A DNA stretch of 64,000 nt from a virus, in IMG/VR virus record IMGVR_UViG_3300032223_002784, positions 1 to 64,000 of that record. One strand, given 5' to 3'. The notes under the pieces are model-generated. The model saw only the letters and a list, made by a program, of their open reading frames with translations, was not told the DNA's origin and made no database searches. Positions 8,467 to 16,178 of the stretch are shown here, piece by piece; the first letter of the stretch is position 1, and every line of letters starts with the position of its first letter. The translations under genes and the position numbers were made by a program.

Positions 8467-9012
8467 TTATCTTGACCTTATATTCTTACTTTGTTTAACA
8501 ATTTGAAATGGACCTGCCGTATATGGACTAAGTTTCTCTGCAATTTCTAACGCTTTTTCTACAGTAGCACCTGTATGCAAAGCCCCCACAGCAAATGGTG
8601 CACCCGAACCAACACCATAAATGCCTGTTTGATCCATTAAAACACTAAAATCATCGCTTATGTTGAATAGTTCTCCATCTACAGCCAAAAGAATTTCAAA
8701 TCCAGAATCTTTATCTTCTTTATCAAGCTTATATCCATTTTCTTCAAGTGCTTCTTTCATGGAAGGCACAACATCTGTAATCATATACTTATAAAGATTT
8801 TTTCTTTGTGATGCATTTGGCATTGGTGGAATCCATAGATGCATAAAAATATCACATGCTGCTACATCACCAGCCCCGCCAAGTAAATAGCCGTTGTTAT
8901 TAATAATTTTTGCCATTTGTGGATGAATATGTTTGTTTGTTCCTGCAGTTACTAGACTATCAGCACCCATAATGACATGTCCGTTTTTAACTACACCCAC
9001 AATTGTTGTCAT
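8467..9012 (-). CDS. HslV/proteasome-beta-like Ntn hydrolase
   Basis: N-terminal M-T-T nucleophile, GADS, K, GGAGD, GVGSGAPFAVGAL. Confidence 0.88.
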   Translation of the reverse strand: MTTIVGVVKNGHVIMGADSLVTAGTNKHIHPQMAKIINNNGYLLGGAGDVAACDIFMHLWIPPMPNASQRKNLYKYMITDVVPSMKEALEENGYKLDKEDKDSGFEILLAVDGELFNISDDFSVLMDQTGIYGVGSGAPFAVGALHTGATVEKALEIAEKLSPYTAGPFQIVKQSKNIRSR

Positions 9013-9308
9013 GCTTTACCCAGTTCTCCTAATATTCCCTCGCTTGTACGAGATAGAATTGGTTTGAGGATTTCTCCCTTATTCATAACAAAAATCTGAG
9101 GAATGCTCTTCAGATTATAATATTCTAGCATATTTGCTGTCATTTCGTCAACATCAACCATATAATAATTAGTTTCAGGATCCATTACGGCTACTTTGCC
9201 ATAATGTGGCTTTAATTGTTTACATGGGCTGCACCATGTTGCTGTAAAATAAACTACACATTCATCTTCAGCAATAAATTCATTTACATCATTCGTAACC
9301 TTAAGCAA
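9009..9308 (-). CDS. thioredoxin
   Basis: FTATWCSPCK active site, VDVDE, SIP. Confidence 0.92.
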   Translation of the reverse strand: MLKVTNDVNEFIAEDECVVYFTATWCSPCKQLKPHYGKVAVMDPETNYYMVDVDEMTANMLEYYNLKSIPQIFVMNKGEILKPILSRTSEGILGELGKA

Positions 9309-9531
9309 TTAATTCCTCCGCAGATATTGTTTTACCTAAATAACGACGCTTAATAATGTAATCTCTAACTGAGTCAGCACCATTCTGCCTACCGCCCAAA
9401 ATTACAACCCACCTAGGTTCTAACTTAAGGTCTATACATTCTTGACACATAAATAAATTAACTCCATTAATAATTGCAGATTTAAATGGATGTAGCTGAT
9501 CTTTTTGCTTATCGCACGAAAAGCATTTCAT
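9301..9531 (-). CDS. hypothetical protein (CxxC...CxxC)
   Basis: CFSC...CQEC...EPRWVVIL. Confidence 0.7.
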   Translation of the reverse strand: MKCFSCDKQKDQLHPFKSAIINGVNLFMCQECIDLKLEPRWVVILGGRQNGADSVRDYIIKRRYLGKTISAEELIA

Positions 9532-9749
9532 TCTAATTCTTCCTCTTCTTCAATTTCATCTACATACCCTATGCCTATTTCATCTATAATTATAAAGTCA
9601 TCATTAATAACTTCAATGGTATATCTTATTCCCGCATCATAATATTCAATTATTGATGCATATGCGCCATAAGAAACAATGGTGCCGTAAATGCCTTCAT
9701 CTGAAAGATAAACATACTTTACTGTATCTTCATTTTCATTTATTGACAT
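9528..9749 (-). CDS. hypothetical acidic protein
   Basis: 73-aa ORF within the operon. Confidence 0.7.
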   Translation of the reverse strand: MSINENEDTVKYVYLSDEGIYGTIVSYGAYASIIEYYDAGIRYTIEVINDDFIIIDEIGIGYVDEIEEEEELE

Positions 9750-9993
9750 TTGGAGTTGCTATCCCTTCTATTTCACATGGTGTTCCGTAAGCCATTATTA
9801 ACTGTCTTACCAACAAAAGATATTCCATTAATTGAAATCTTTGGCTTTCATTATATTCCATAACATTCTCTTCATACACGGTTACAGCCAGATAATTAGG
9901 TCTAGCCCTAATATCCATTTTTAAATGCTTTACGGGACATTTAATTTCCCGTATTTTTTTAGCCATTTCAATTGTGTATTGTATTTTTGCCAT
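9736..9993 (-). CDS. hypothetical protein
   Basis: 85-aa ORF within the operon. Confidence 0.7.
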   Translation of the reverse strand: MAKIQYTIEMAKKIREIKCPVKHLKMDIRARPNYLAVTVYEENVMEYNESQRFQLMEYLLLVRQLIMAYGTPCEIEGIATPNVNK

Positions 9994-10303
9994 GAATTTT
10001 TTTCAGTTTCTTCCAAACTTCTTGATCTTTATGTGAATTATGTTGCTTATCTGGTCTTCCAAGATCCATATAAACACCACCCCTTACACCCTTTTCTTTA
10101 TTCTCAATTCCTTCTGCATGACATTGTTTAATAACAGGACAACTCAAACAAACTTGATCTATTTGTTTAGCAAGCTCCTTGTCATTTTCATAATCATCGT
10201 AGAACCAATTGATTGACATATTTTTACAGGCTGCTAAGTGATACCACTTTACATCTAGTTCATCTATCCCAAGCTTTTCAAATAAGTTGGGCATATTTAT
10301 CAC
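9968..10303 (-). CDS. whiB: WhiB-family Fe-S transcription factor
   Basis: W-x3-AAC...VCLSCPVIKQC...GVRGG (variant of the GVWGG turn). Confidence 0.88.
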   Translation of the reverse strand: MINMPNLFEKLGIDELDVKWYHLAACKNMSINWFYDDYENDKELAKQIDQVCLSCPVIKQCHAEGIENKEKGVRGGVYMDLGRPDKQHNSHKDQEVWKKLKKIHGKNTIHN

Positions 10304-10508
10304 TTACATCCCAAGTACCGTCCGACTTTAAACGATAACGATTTGCAAATCCCCACTTGTTATTTCTGAACATGCCTTTTGGATCCATAAAAGCACTTTT
10401 GCTTGGAGCCCATCTTACGATAGTATATCCATCCCAAAAGAAACCTTCTTTTTTGTTTTTTTCAACAAAATTGTGTGCTTGTTCATAATTCAATGTAATT
10501 TTAGCCAT
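10278..10508 (-). CDS. hypothetical protein
   Basis: FFWDGYTIV...G-x-FRNNKWG. Confidence 0.7.
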   Translation of the reverse strand: MAKITLNYEQAHNFVEKNKKEGFFWDGYTIVRWAPSKSAFMDPKGMFRNNKWGFANRYRLKSDGTWDVSDKYAQLI

Positions 10509-10806
10509 TTTTATCTACTCCAAATAGGTTGCGCCAATTGACGAATTGATATGTATTGTTTTGTGAATCTTTAACTTCTGTAGCATTAGCATCGTTATAA
10601 AATACAATTTGTCCAACTTCTAGGGGGACCGTATGAATTCTACCTTCTTGATCTCTTTCTCCTGGTCCAATCGCAATGATTGTCCCACGACTTAATTCTG
10701 CATCAAGAGTAACTGCAGATAAAACAAGTCCTGATGCCGTTGTTCTATCTTCTTGCTCTAGCTTTTCTAGCAATACAAGGCCACCCAATGGCTCAATGTT
10801 TGTCAT
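10501..10806 (-). CDS. groES: co-chaperonin GroES
   Basis: IEPLGGLVL...TASGLVL...GTIIAIGPG...PLEVGQIV. Confidence 0.9.
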   Translation of the reverse strand: MTNIEPLGGLVLLEKLEQEDRTTASGLVLSAVTLDAELSRGTIIAIGPGERDQEGRIHTVPLEVGQIVFYNDANATEVKDSQNNTYQFVNWRNLFGVDKNG

Positions 10807-10839
10807 ATCTTTCCTTTGTTAGTAGGGTTGTTATACTTA

Positions 10840-10869
10840 ATTGTATCATCTAGATACTGTATGTGTCAA
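10840..10869 (-). promoter_or_regulatory. SigA-type promoter for the groES operon
   Basis: TTGACA-N18-TACAAT. Confidence 0.75.
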
Positions 10870-10871
10870 GC

Positions 10872-11240
10872 TTATTCTTTAATGAATCTAAAAGGTATTC
10901 CAAAAGTTTCAAGGATTTTTACGCATGCAAGATTTCTTGATGATGAGCCAAATACCAATGCAAAGTCAGGAGTAGACTCAATTAAAGTAACATCTGAAAA
11001 TGAAGATTTATCTCTAACTAATTCTTCTTTGATTTTATAGCCTTTTTGACGTAAAAATTTTTCAGTCTTACCTATGTATTCAGTGATCATATTTTCAGCA
11101 CCTTTTTGCCCAGTATGAATAAACAAGTATTCTTTGTCATCTGGGAAAAAGTGTTTACGGTCATCCAATAGGACAGTAACTTGACGAATTAATTCGCTGT
11201 AATCTGTCCATTCTTTACTACCAAAAACTAATACTCTCAT
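10872..11240 (-). CDS. SLOG-superfamily (YspA/DUF2493-like) protein
   Basis: MRVLVFGSKEWTDY...IHTG-x-KGAE...PDFALVF. Confidence 0.7.
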   Translation of the reverse strand: MRVLVFGSKEWTDYSELIRQVTVLLDDRKHFFPDDKEYLFIHTGQKGAENMITEYIGKTEKFLRQKGYKIKEELVRDKSSFSDVTLIESTPDFALVFGSSSRNLACVKILETFGIPFRFIKE

Positions 11241-11260
11241 GATTTCTCCTTTGTTAAATG

Positions 11261-11287
11261 CAAGAGGACGGGGTTACCGTCCTCTTG
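11261..11287 (-). terminator. hairpin / probable terminator
   Basis: CAAGAGGACGG-loop-CCGTCCTCTTG perfect inverted repeat. Confidence 0.65.
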
Positions 11288-11309
11288 AATATATATACGT
11301 ATATATGGT

Positions 11310-11945
11310 TTAAAGTTTTGGAATTAGTGGAGCACTGAAAGCTCCGCCCCAAATTGACTTTTTCATTTCTGCTTTTTCATCTGCTGGAGTTTCTTTTGCA
11401 GCTTCTTCTTTAGATTCTGCTTCATCCGCAGCTTTACCCATGCAATCGCAAAGACTCATAGCCTTACCGCAATCTGCACATGTATCTGCTTTAGCAATTT
11501 CATCTGCCTTTTCAAGCTCTTCAGTTACTTCATCAGATGATGCTGCTTTTTCAACTTTCTCAGCTGGTAGTGTTTGACCACACTCTGAGCAAGTTCCTGC
11601 CTTAGCAATGTTAACAGTATCTGCTACCGCCAAATCCTCTGAAGTTGGAGCAATTGCTGCGCCTTCTGCTGGAAATGTCTCGTTTGTAGGTACTGGACCT
11701 TCTGGTGCATCTGTAACTGATTGATCGCCAGCAGGTGCTGTTGCACCACTGATTACCTTTGTTACTGCAATATCACCCTGTGGATCTGGTTCTGTTGTAT
11801 TTTCCATTGTATTACCTCCGTCCCTTACATAATTTTCAACGCTTCTTTCGTCACGCTCTTCATTAATTGAAGATGAAGTTCCAATGGCCTTTGTAAGAGC
11901 ATCTTTTACATCATCTATAAATTTATTAATCTCTTGTGTATTCAT
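11310..11945 (-). CDS. acidic low-complexity protein with CxxC motifs (possible internal head protein)
   Basis: Repeated [ILVM]-x-K-[AS] sites; C-terminal SIWGGAF. Confidence 0.7.
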   Translation of the reverse strand: MNTQEINKFIDDVKDALTKAIGTSSSINEERDERSVENYVRDGGNTMENTTEPDPQGDIAVTKVISGATAPAGDQSVTDAPEGPVPTNETFPAEGAAIAPTSEDLAVADTVNIAKAGTCSECGQTLPAEKVEKAASSDEVTEELEKADEIAKADTCADCGKAMSLCDCMGKAADEAESKEEAAKETPADEKAEMKKSIWGGAFSAPLIPKL

Positions 11946-12184
11946 TATGCGTGTGACCCCGCTTCAGTTGATGCGATTGGTCCACCAGCATGCTGAGGTG
12001 TTGTCATTGATACATCTTTACCAGTGAAAGATGTTCCAACATTAAGAGTCCCTGCGTTATTTACACCGAGATCTACTTGTGGTGCAGCAGCCAATGCTGA
12101 TGCAGGACCTGCTTGCTCTGTAACTGGTGTTGCTGATGAAGGTTGCTCTACGCCACCCTCTGTACCTTGTTGATTATTATCCAT
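11945..12184 (-). CDS. small disordered acidic protein
   Basis: 79-aa ORF with GGCGGTGA SD, coupled to the next gene. Confidence 0.65.
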   Translation of the reverse strand: MDNNQQGTEGGVEQPSSATPVTEQAGPASALAAAPQVDLGVNNAGTLNVGTSFTGKDVSMTTPQHAGGPIASTEAGSHA

Positions 12185-12217
12185 ATTTAAATCACCGCCT
12201 TATTGTCTTATTATACC

Positions 12218-12559
12218 CTAAAACTCGTCTTCTGCAGAACCATCTAAATCAAATCCCTGCTCTATAAGACGGGCTTTTCCTTCTTCTGAAATAGACATTT
12301 GTGCATTCAGATTTTCATCATATGAGACATCTATTAGTCCTTCTTGATATAAATCAATTAAAACTTTGTCCATATCATCTACCATTACTTGATGTAAGTC
12401 TGGCATAACTTCTTCCAAAACTTCCATATCAAACATATAAATTGGTTCACCATCTTCATCTACGCCGTCAAAAATAGCAGCACCTTCACTAACAAGGTAA
12501 TCCATTATTCTTGCATGCTCTTCATCTGAAGGATCATATTCCAATTTGCACTTCCTCAT
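12218..12559 (-). CDS. hypothetical acidic protein
   Basis: 113-aa ORF after a TATAAT box. Confidence 0.7.
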   Translation of the reverse strand: MRKCKLEYDPSDEEHARIMDYLVSEGAAIFDGVDEDGEPIYMFDMEVLEEVMPDLHQVMVDDMDKVLIDLYQEGLIDVSYDENLNAQMSISEEGKARLIEQGFDLDGSAEDEF

Positions 12560-12579
12560 TTCTTATTATACCTTATTTG

Positions 12580-12652
12580 CGCCCTTAGAGAGATTTGAAC
12601 TCCCGACCTTATCGGTAGAAACGATCTGCTCTATCCACTGAGCTATAAGGGC
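12580..12652 (-). tRNA. tRNA-Arg(TCT)
   Basis: GCCCTTA acceptor stem, anticodon loop TTTCTAC, GTTCAAATC T-arm. Confidence 0.93.
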
Positions 12653-12653
12653 A

Positions 12654-12727
12654 TGGCAGGGATAGTAGGAATTGAACCCACTCCAAGAGGTTTGGAATCT
12701 CTTGTGCTACCGTTACACTATATCCCA
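12654..12727 (-). tRNA. tRNA-Trp(CCA)
   Basis: Anticodon loop TTCCAAA, GGTTCAATTCC T-arm, encoded CCA. Confidence 0.9.
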
Positions 12728-12728
12728 G

Positions 12729-12800
12729 CTTCCCGTCGTGGATTCGGACCACGATTCTTGGCTTCAAAGGCCAATGTCCTGCCAGTTGGACGAACGGGAA
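12729..12800 (-). tRNA. tRNA-Gln(TTG)
   Basis: TTGGC-CTTTGAA-GCCAA anticodon arm; TTCCCGT/ACGGGAA acceptor. Confidence 0.92.
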
Positions 12801-12854
12801 ATGAAAAAGGCCTTCATTTAAGAAGACCTTTTATCAAGTTATAATTGTATTATA

Positions 12855-13295
12855 CTATGGCTTTAAGGTCGCTGTCAATTGCCATTGCCAAAAATTATGC
12901 TTGTCTAATCTATCAGCAAGAAAATTAACTAATCCTTGTTCGTCTAACTTGTTTGCATTATCGCATGCTCTTTTTAGCATAGCAATAACCACAATATTTG
13001 TTGAAGATAATTCTTGTAGCATTTGTTTGGCGGATATGTCCGAACTATTATTAGTAATTAAATCACTATTGTGACTCCATGTTTCTAATCCAAATGGTGC
13101 TTTAAATCCAAGTTTTCTCATGTTTTCTGAAATTGGATCAATTGATTCATAAACATCTGAATAAATTTTTAAAAGAAATTTATGGTATTGTGGAAAATTA
13201 GATCCTTCAACATTCCAATGATACCCATGTGATTGAATATACATTTTAACTACCATTGATTGTAGTTTAATTAAATCTTGTTCTAACTCATTCAT
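12855..13295 (-). CDS. dps: Dps / ferritin-like DNA protection protein
   Basis: HGYHWNVEGSNFPQYH...IDPISENMRKLG...H-x2-W-x-WQL. Confidence 0.92.
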   Translation of the reverse strand: MNELEQDLIKLQSMVVKMYIQSHGYHWNVEGSNFPQYHKFLLKIYSDVYESIDPISENMRKLGFKAPFGLETWSHNSDLITNNSSDISAKQMLQELSSTNIVVIAMLKRACDNANKLDEQGLVNFLADRLDKHNFWQWQLTATLKP

Positions 13296-13570
13296 TTCTT
13301 TCCCCCGTCATGCATATCTTTAAACATTTCAGCAATTATTGTGTCATCTGGCTTGTGTGGATCATTTTCAGTATATAAAGCTTTAAGAGTTTTTCTATCT
13401 TCTGCTCTTTGACTTGCTTCTCCCATACCTATAAGTAACATTGCTGCTGGAATCAATAAACTCATTGGAAGATCTTTCCACATTTTAGAAGCATTTAAAA
13501 CAATAGCAGACAGATAACCAGACACTCTCGCTGGATATTTATCTAAGTATAATGCCATACGCTTCCACAT
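13292..13570 (-). CDS. hypothetical membrane-associated protein
   Basis: 92-aa leaderless ORF with hydrophobic segments. Confidence 0.65.
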   Translation of the reverse strand: MWKRMALYLDKYPARVSGYLSAIVLNASKMWKDLPMSLLIPAAMLLIGMGEASQRAEDRKTLKALYTENDPHKPDDTIIAEMFKDMHDGGKK

Positions 13571-13585
13571 ATGACTAATTATACA

Positions 13586-13717
13586 TTATTTTGATGCTTT
13601 AGCGTAACCAGTCTTTTTCTTATTCATGGAACCAGGTTTCTTAAACCCCGCACCTTTAGGCATGCTTGCAATACGAATTTCTAGTGCTTTTGCAACTTTA
13701 TGTTGTTTTTGAGTCAT
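13586..13717 (-). CDS. 43-aa highly basic peptide
   Basis: Read manually: MTQKQHKVAKALEIRIASMPKGAGFKKPGSMNKKKTGYAKASK, with an AAAGGA SD. Confidence 0.65.
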   Translation of the reverse strand: MTQKQHKVAKALEIRIASMPKGAGFKKPGSMNKKKTGYAKASK

Positions 13718-13733
13718 GATTATCCTTTGTTAG

Positions 13734-13796
13734 ATGAGCAGTTTTACGCAGACATGCTCAGGTCCTTCCCTGCGACTCCCCGATGAAAGGGTGCAG
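13734..13796 (-). ncRNA. candidate structured 5' leader RNA (hairpin plus H-type pseudoknot)
   Basis: CTGC/GCAG and CCC/GGG stems; GAC/GTC stem whose loop TGAGCA pairs with downstream TGCTCA; extended -10 directly upstream. Confidence 0.5.
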
Positions 13797-13811
13797 ATTT
13801 ATATTATATCA

Positions 13812-14294
13812 TTATTTGATTTTGATTGTTTTTGGCTTAGCTTCTTCTGGAAGTTCACGTTCAATTTTTACTGTTAGTAAACCATTTTCCAGGGCTGCGG
13901 ACTTCACAACCATATATTCACCTAGGGTGAAAGTTTGTGTGAAATTGCGACCAGCAATGCCTTTGTGCAAGAATTCAGACTTATCGTCATTTTCTTTTTC
14001 ACTTTTTATGGTGAGAGTATCTTTTTCAACCTTTATATCAAGATCTTCACGGTCATATCCCGCAACCGCAAGTTCAATAATATAATTATCTTCATCAACT
14101 TTTTTTACATTATATGGAGGGAATGAAGATAGTGTCTTTTTATTTGTGTTCCATCTTACAAATTGATCATTAAATCCAAGGAAGAATGGATCATTAAACC
14201 AATTTTCAATTTGAATAAATGGATTTGTTGTGGTTGTGTAGTGATGTGATGCGTTATATGTTGATGGGGTTGTTACCCATTTTTCGTTTGTCAT
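13812..14294 (-). CDS. small heat-shock protein Hsp20 (IbpA-like)
   Basis: FPPYNV...IELAVAG...LHKGIAGRNF...A-x-LENGLL...PEEAKPKTI. Confidence 0.95.
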   Translation of the reverse strand: MTNEKWVTTPSTYNASHHYTTTTNPFIQIENWFNDPFFLGFNDQFVRWNTNKKTLSSFPPYNVKKVDEDNYIIELAVAGYDREDLDIKVEKDTLTIKSEKENDDKSEFLHKGIAGRNFTQTFTLGEYMVVKSAALENGLLTVKIERELPEEAKPKTIKIK

Positions 14295-14368
14295 TTTACT
14301 TAGCTCCTTTTCAGCAAGTTAGTTATATTCAGGACCCCGAAGGCATCCTGTAAATATATTATACCAGA

Positions 14369-15388
14369 TTATTGGTTTGAGCTACCCTTTGGGCTAGATG
14401 AATTACCATATCCTACTGATGGCTTGCCATCATGTTGTGGAGGGCTATTATAAGTAGATTGCCACCCAGTATCCCCTTCAATTGAGCCATAGTTTGTACC
14501 AGACATCGCATCACCTAGTGGCAGAAATATTCCGTCCCATATAGATGTTGAATCTTTTGTTGGAGTAGGATTTGCTGACTTAGTTACATCTGGTTGATTT
14601 ACCGCAATTGCATTCATAGCTTCCTGTGCATGTTCTTTGGTTGTATAACATCCAATTACCTGCCCTGTACCTGCCTTTAGGATTGCATAGCCACCTTGAC
14701 AGTCTGGAACATTAAATTCAATTTTAAATCCATATCCACCAGATAGAATATCTTTTTCAATTTTATTTTCTTTATTTACTATGGCACGAGACCAGGCATA
14801 ACCTGCATCTCCGCCCCAAGCATTCCACATAATTTTTCCATGTGATGGCTTGTCCCAATCTTTACCCTTTTTATCAACTTCATGACGTGAAAAGAAAGAA
14901 TACATTCTTTTAACTGTATCAAGGGACATTGATCTTCCTGCAACAATATCACTTGCACGACCCCAACCTACAGGAGTTCCTGCACCTGTTGCCATACCAG
15001 CATCTCTCCACTTTAACGCACGACGTGCTGCTGCTTTCATGCCTGCGTTTGGTTGATAACCGCCGTCTGATTTTTTGACGGGAATACAATTAGGAACAGT
15101 TTTGCCATCTTGATCTTTAGTCCCTGCGTATTCATATCCATCCCAGCAAGGTCCTTGACCTTTATCAATACATGATGTGCATTTTTCTGTATCTGAAATA
15201 TAATGATGATCATTTCCTAGATCATCACATCCACAAGTCATACACTTTTTAACATCTTTAACATTAGCATATAATGCAGCAAGTTGATCTTGTGCTTTCT
15301 TTTTAGATGGATGAGTTCCAACCACTTTACCAGTATTAGTTGCAATTACTGCAAATTTATCTCCAACTTGTTTAATATTATATGGCAT
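14369..15388 (-). CDS. multi-module hypothetical protein (probable virion/head-associated)
   Basis: Duplicated module (VVGTHPSKKKAQDQLAALYAN / VIGCYTTKEHAQEAMNAIAVN); PCWDGY...VPNC module; TVKRMYSFFSRH...WGGDAG module. Confidence 0.7.
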   Translation of the reverse strand: MPYNIKQVGDKFAVIATNTGKVVGTHPSKKKAQDQLAALYANVKDVKKCMTCGCDDLGNDHHYISDTEKCTSCIDKGQGPCWDGYEYAGTKDQDGKTVPNCIPVKKSDGGYQPNAGMKAAARRALKWRDAGMATGAGTPVGWGRASDIVAGRSMSLDTVKRMYSFFSRHEVDKKGKDWDKPSHGKIMWNAWGGDAGYAWSRAIVNKENKIEKDILSGGYGFKIEFNVPDCQGGYAILKAGTGQVIGCYTTKEHAQEAMNAIAVNQPDVTKSANPTPTKDSTSIWDGIFLPLGDAMSGTNYGSIEGDTGWQSTYNSPPQHDGKPSVGYGNSSSPKGSSNQ

Positions 15389-15873
15389 TATTGCTCCTTA
15401 TCTGTTTTAATTATATCACTAACTTTACGAGATTTAATACTATTATTAGGTATTACCTCTGCTGCAGGCTTAGTTCCTGCCTTTCTAAACCTAAGAGACT
15501 CCCACAAAGCGTGGGGTAAAGTATGAATGCCGTAGTGTGTTCTATGATGATTTGTGCATAATACTTCAAGATTTCCTGGACTTTCCAGCCATTCAGCAAA
15601 TTCTTGGTCATTTGTAAAATGTAAGCCAAAATACTCTTCTATTTTATGCTTATCAGCATTTGGTATTTGACTAAATTCTACATGTGTGTGGTGTAATTCT
15701 GGTTGACCTCCACATAAATCATCATTAATGACACATTTCCAAAGTCCCGCCTTTTTAATCTTTTTTTTAGCTGCAATAAAGAATTTATAGTTTGGGTCTT
15801 TTTCTCGTGGATCATGTTCTGGAATATGTGCCAGAATTGAAAAAGTCATATTTTGATCATGTGCATCTGTCAT
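15388..15873 (-). CDS. HNH-like (His-Me finger) protein
   Basis: C-x5-C...ELHH...NLEVLCTNHH; start moved to MTDAHD because the track start lies inside tRNA-Gly. Confidence 0.65.
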   Translation of the reverse strand: MTDAHDQNMTFSILAHIPEHDPREKDPNYKFFIAAKKKIKKAGLWKCVINDDLCGGQPELHHTHVEFSQIPNADKHKIEEYFGLHFTNDQEFAEWLESPGNLEVLCTNHHRTHYGIHTLPHALWESLRFRKAGTKPAAEVIPNNSIKSRKVSDIIKTDKEQ

Positions 15874-15894
15874 TATAAATCTATTATACATTAT

Positions 15895-15968
15895 TGGAGC
15901 GAATAGCGGGAATTGAACCCGCACATTAACCTTGGCAAGGTTACGCACTACCACTATGCAATATTCGC
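15895..15968 (-). tRNA. tRNA-Gly(GCC)
   Basis: TAACC-TTGCCAA-GGTTA anticodon arm, GCGAATA acceptor, encoded CCA. Confidence 0.95.
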
Positions 15969-15974
15969 AAAAGG

Positions 15975-16093
15975 GGCTATAGGTAGATATTCCAGCACAG
16001 AATGACTCTGCCCTATCTCCCCGAACTCTTACATGCGGGTACCTATATTTGTTATATGTAACTATACCATTCTAAGGTGTGCTACCTATAGCC
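15975..16093 (-). ncRNA. candidate ~120-nt structured ncRNA between two tRNAs
   Basis: 12-bp perfect closing stem GGCTATAGGTAG/CTACCTATAGCC, plus inner GCAC/GTGC and AGAATG/CATTCT helices. Confidence 0.6.
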
Positions 16094-16096
16094 TTG

Positions 16097-16170
16097 TGTG
16101 GAAGGTCGGACTTGAACCGACGATTACCGAATTATGAGTTCGGGGCTTTAACCAACTAAGCTACTCCCAC
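16097..16170 (-). tRNA. tRNA with CAT anticodon (Ile2 or elongator Met)
   Basis: CCGAA-CTCATAA-TTCGG arm; lacks the initiator GGG/CCC anticodon stem. Confidence 0.9.
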
Positions 16171-16178
16171 TTATTTTA

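Noticed and set aside
12653-12844. + strand 63-aa ORF (and 16401-16652)
   Set aside because: They are antisense readings of tRNA genes.
13734-13796. Assignment as a ZTP (pfl) riboswitch because of CATCGGGGAG and CCTGAGCA
   Set aside because: The conserved 5' GACUGGCG segment and its pairing partner are missing and the downstream gene is unrelated; kept only as an unassigned RNA.
15874-15954. N-terminal extension of the HNH-like ORF in the track
   Set aside because: It overlaps tRNA-Gly; a TATAAT box and ATG at 15873 give a better leaderless start.
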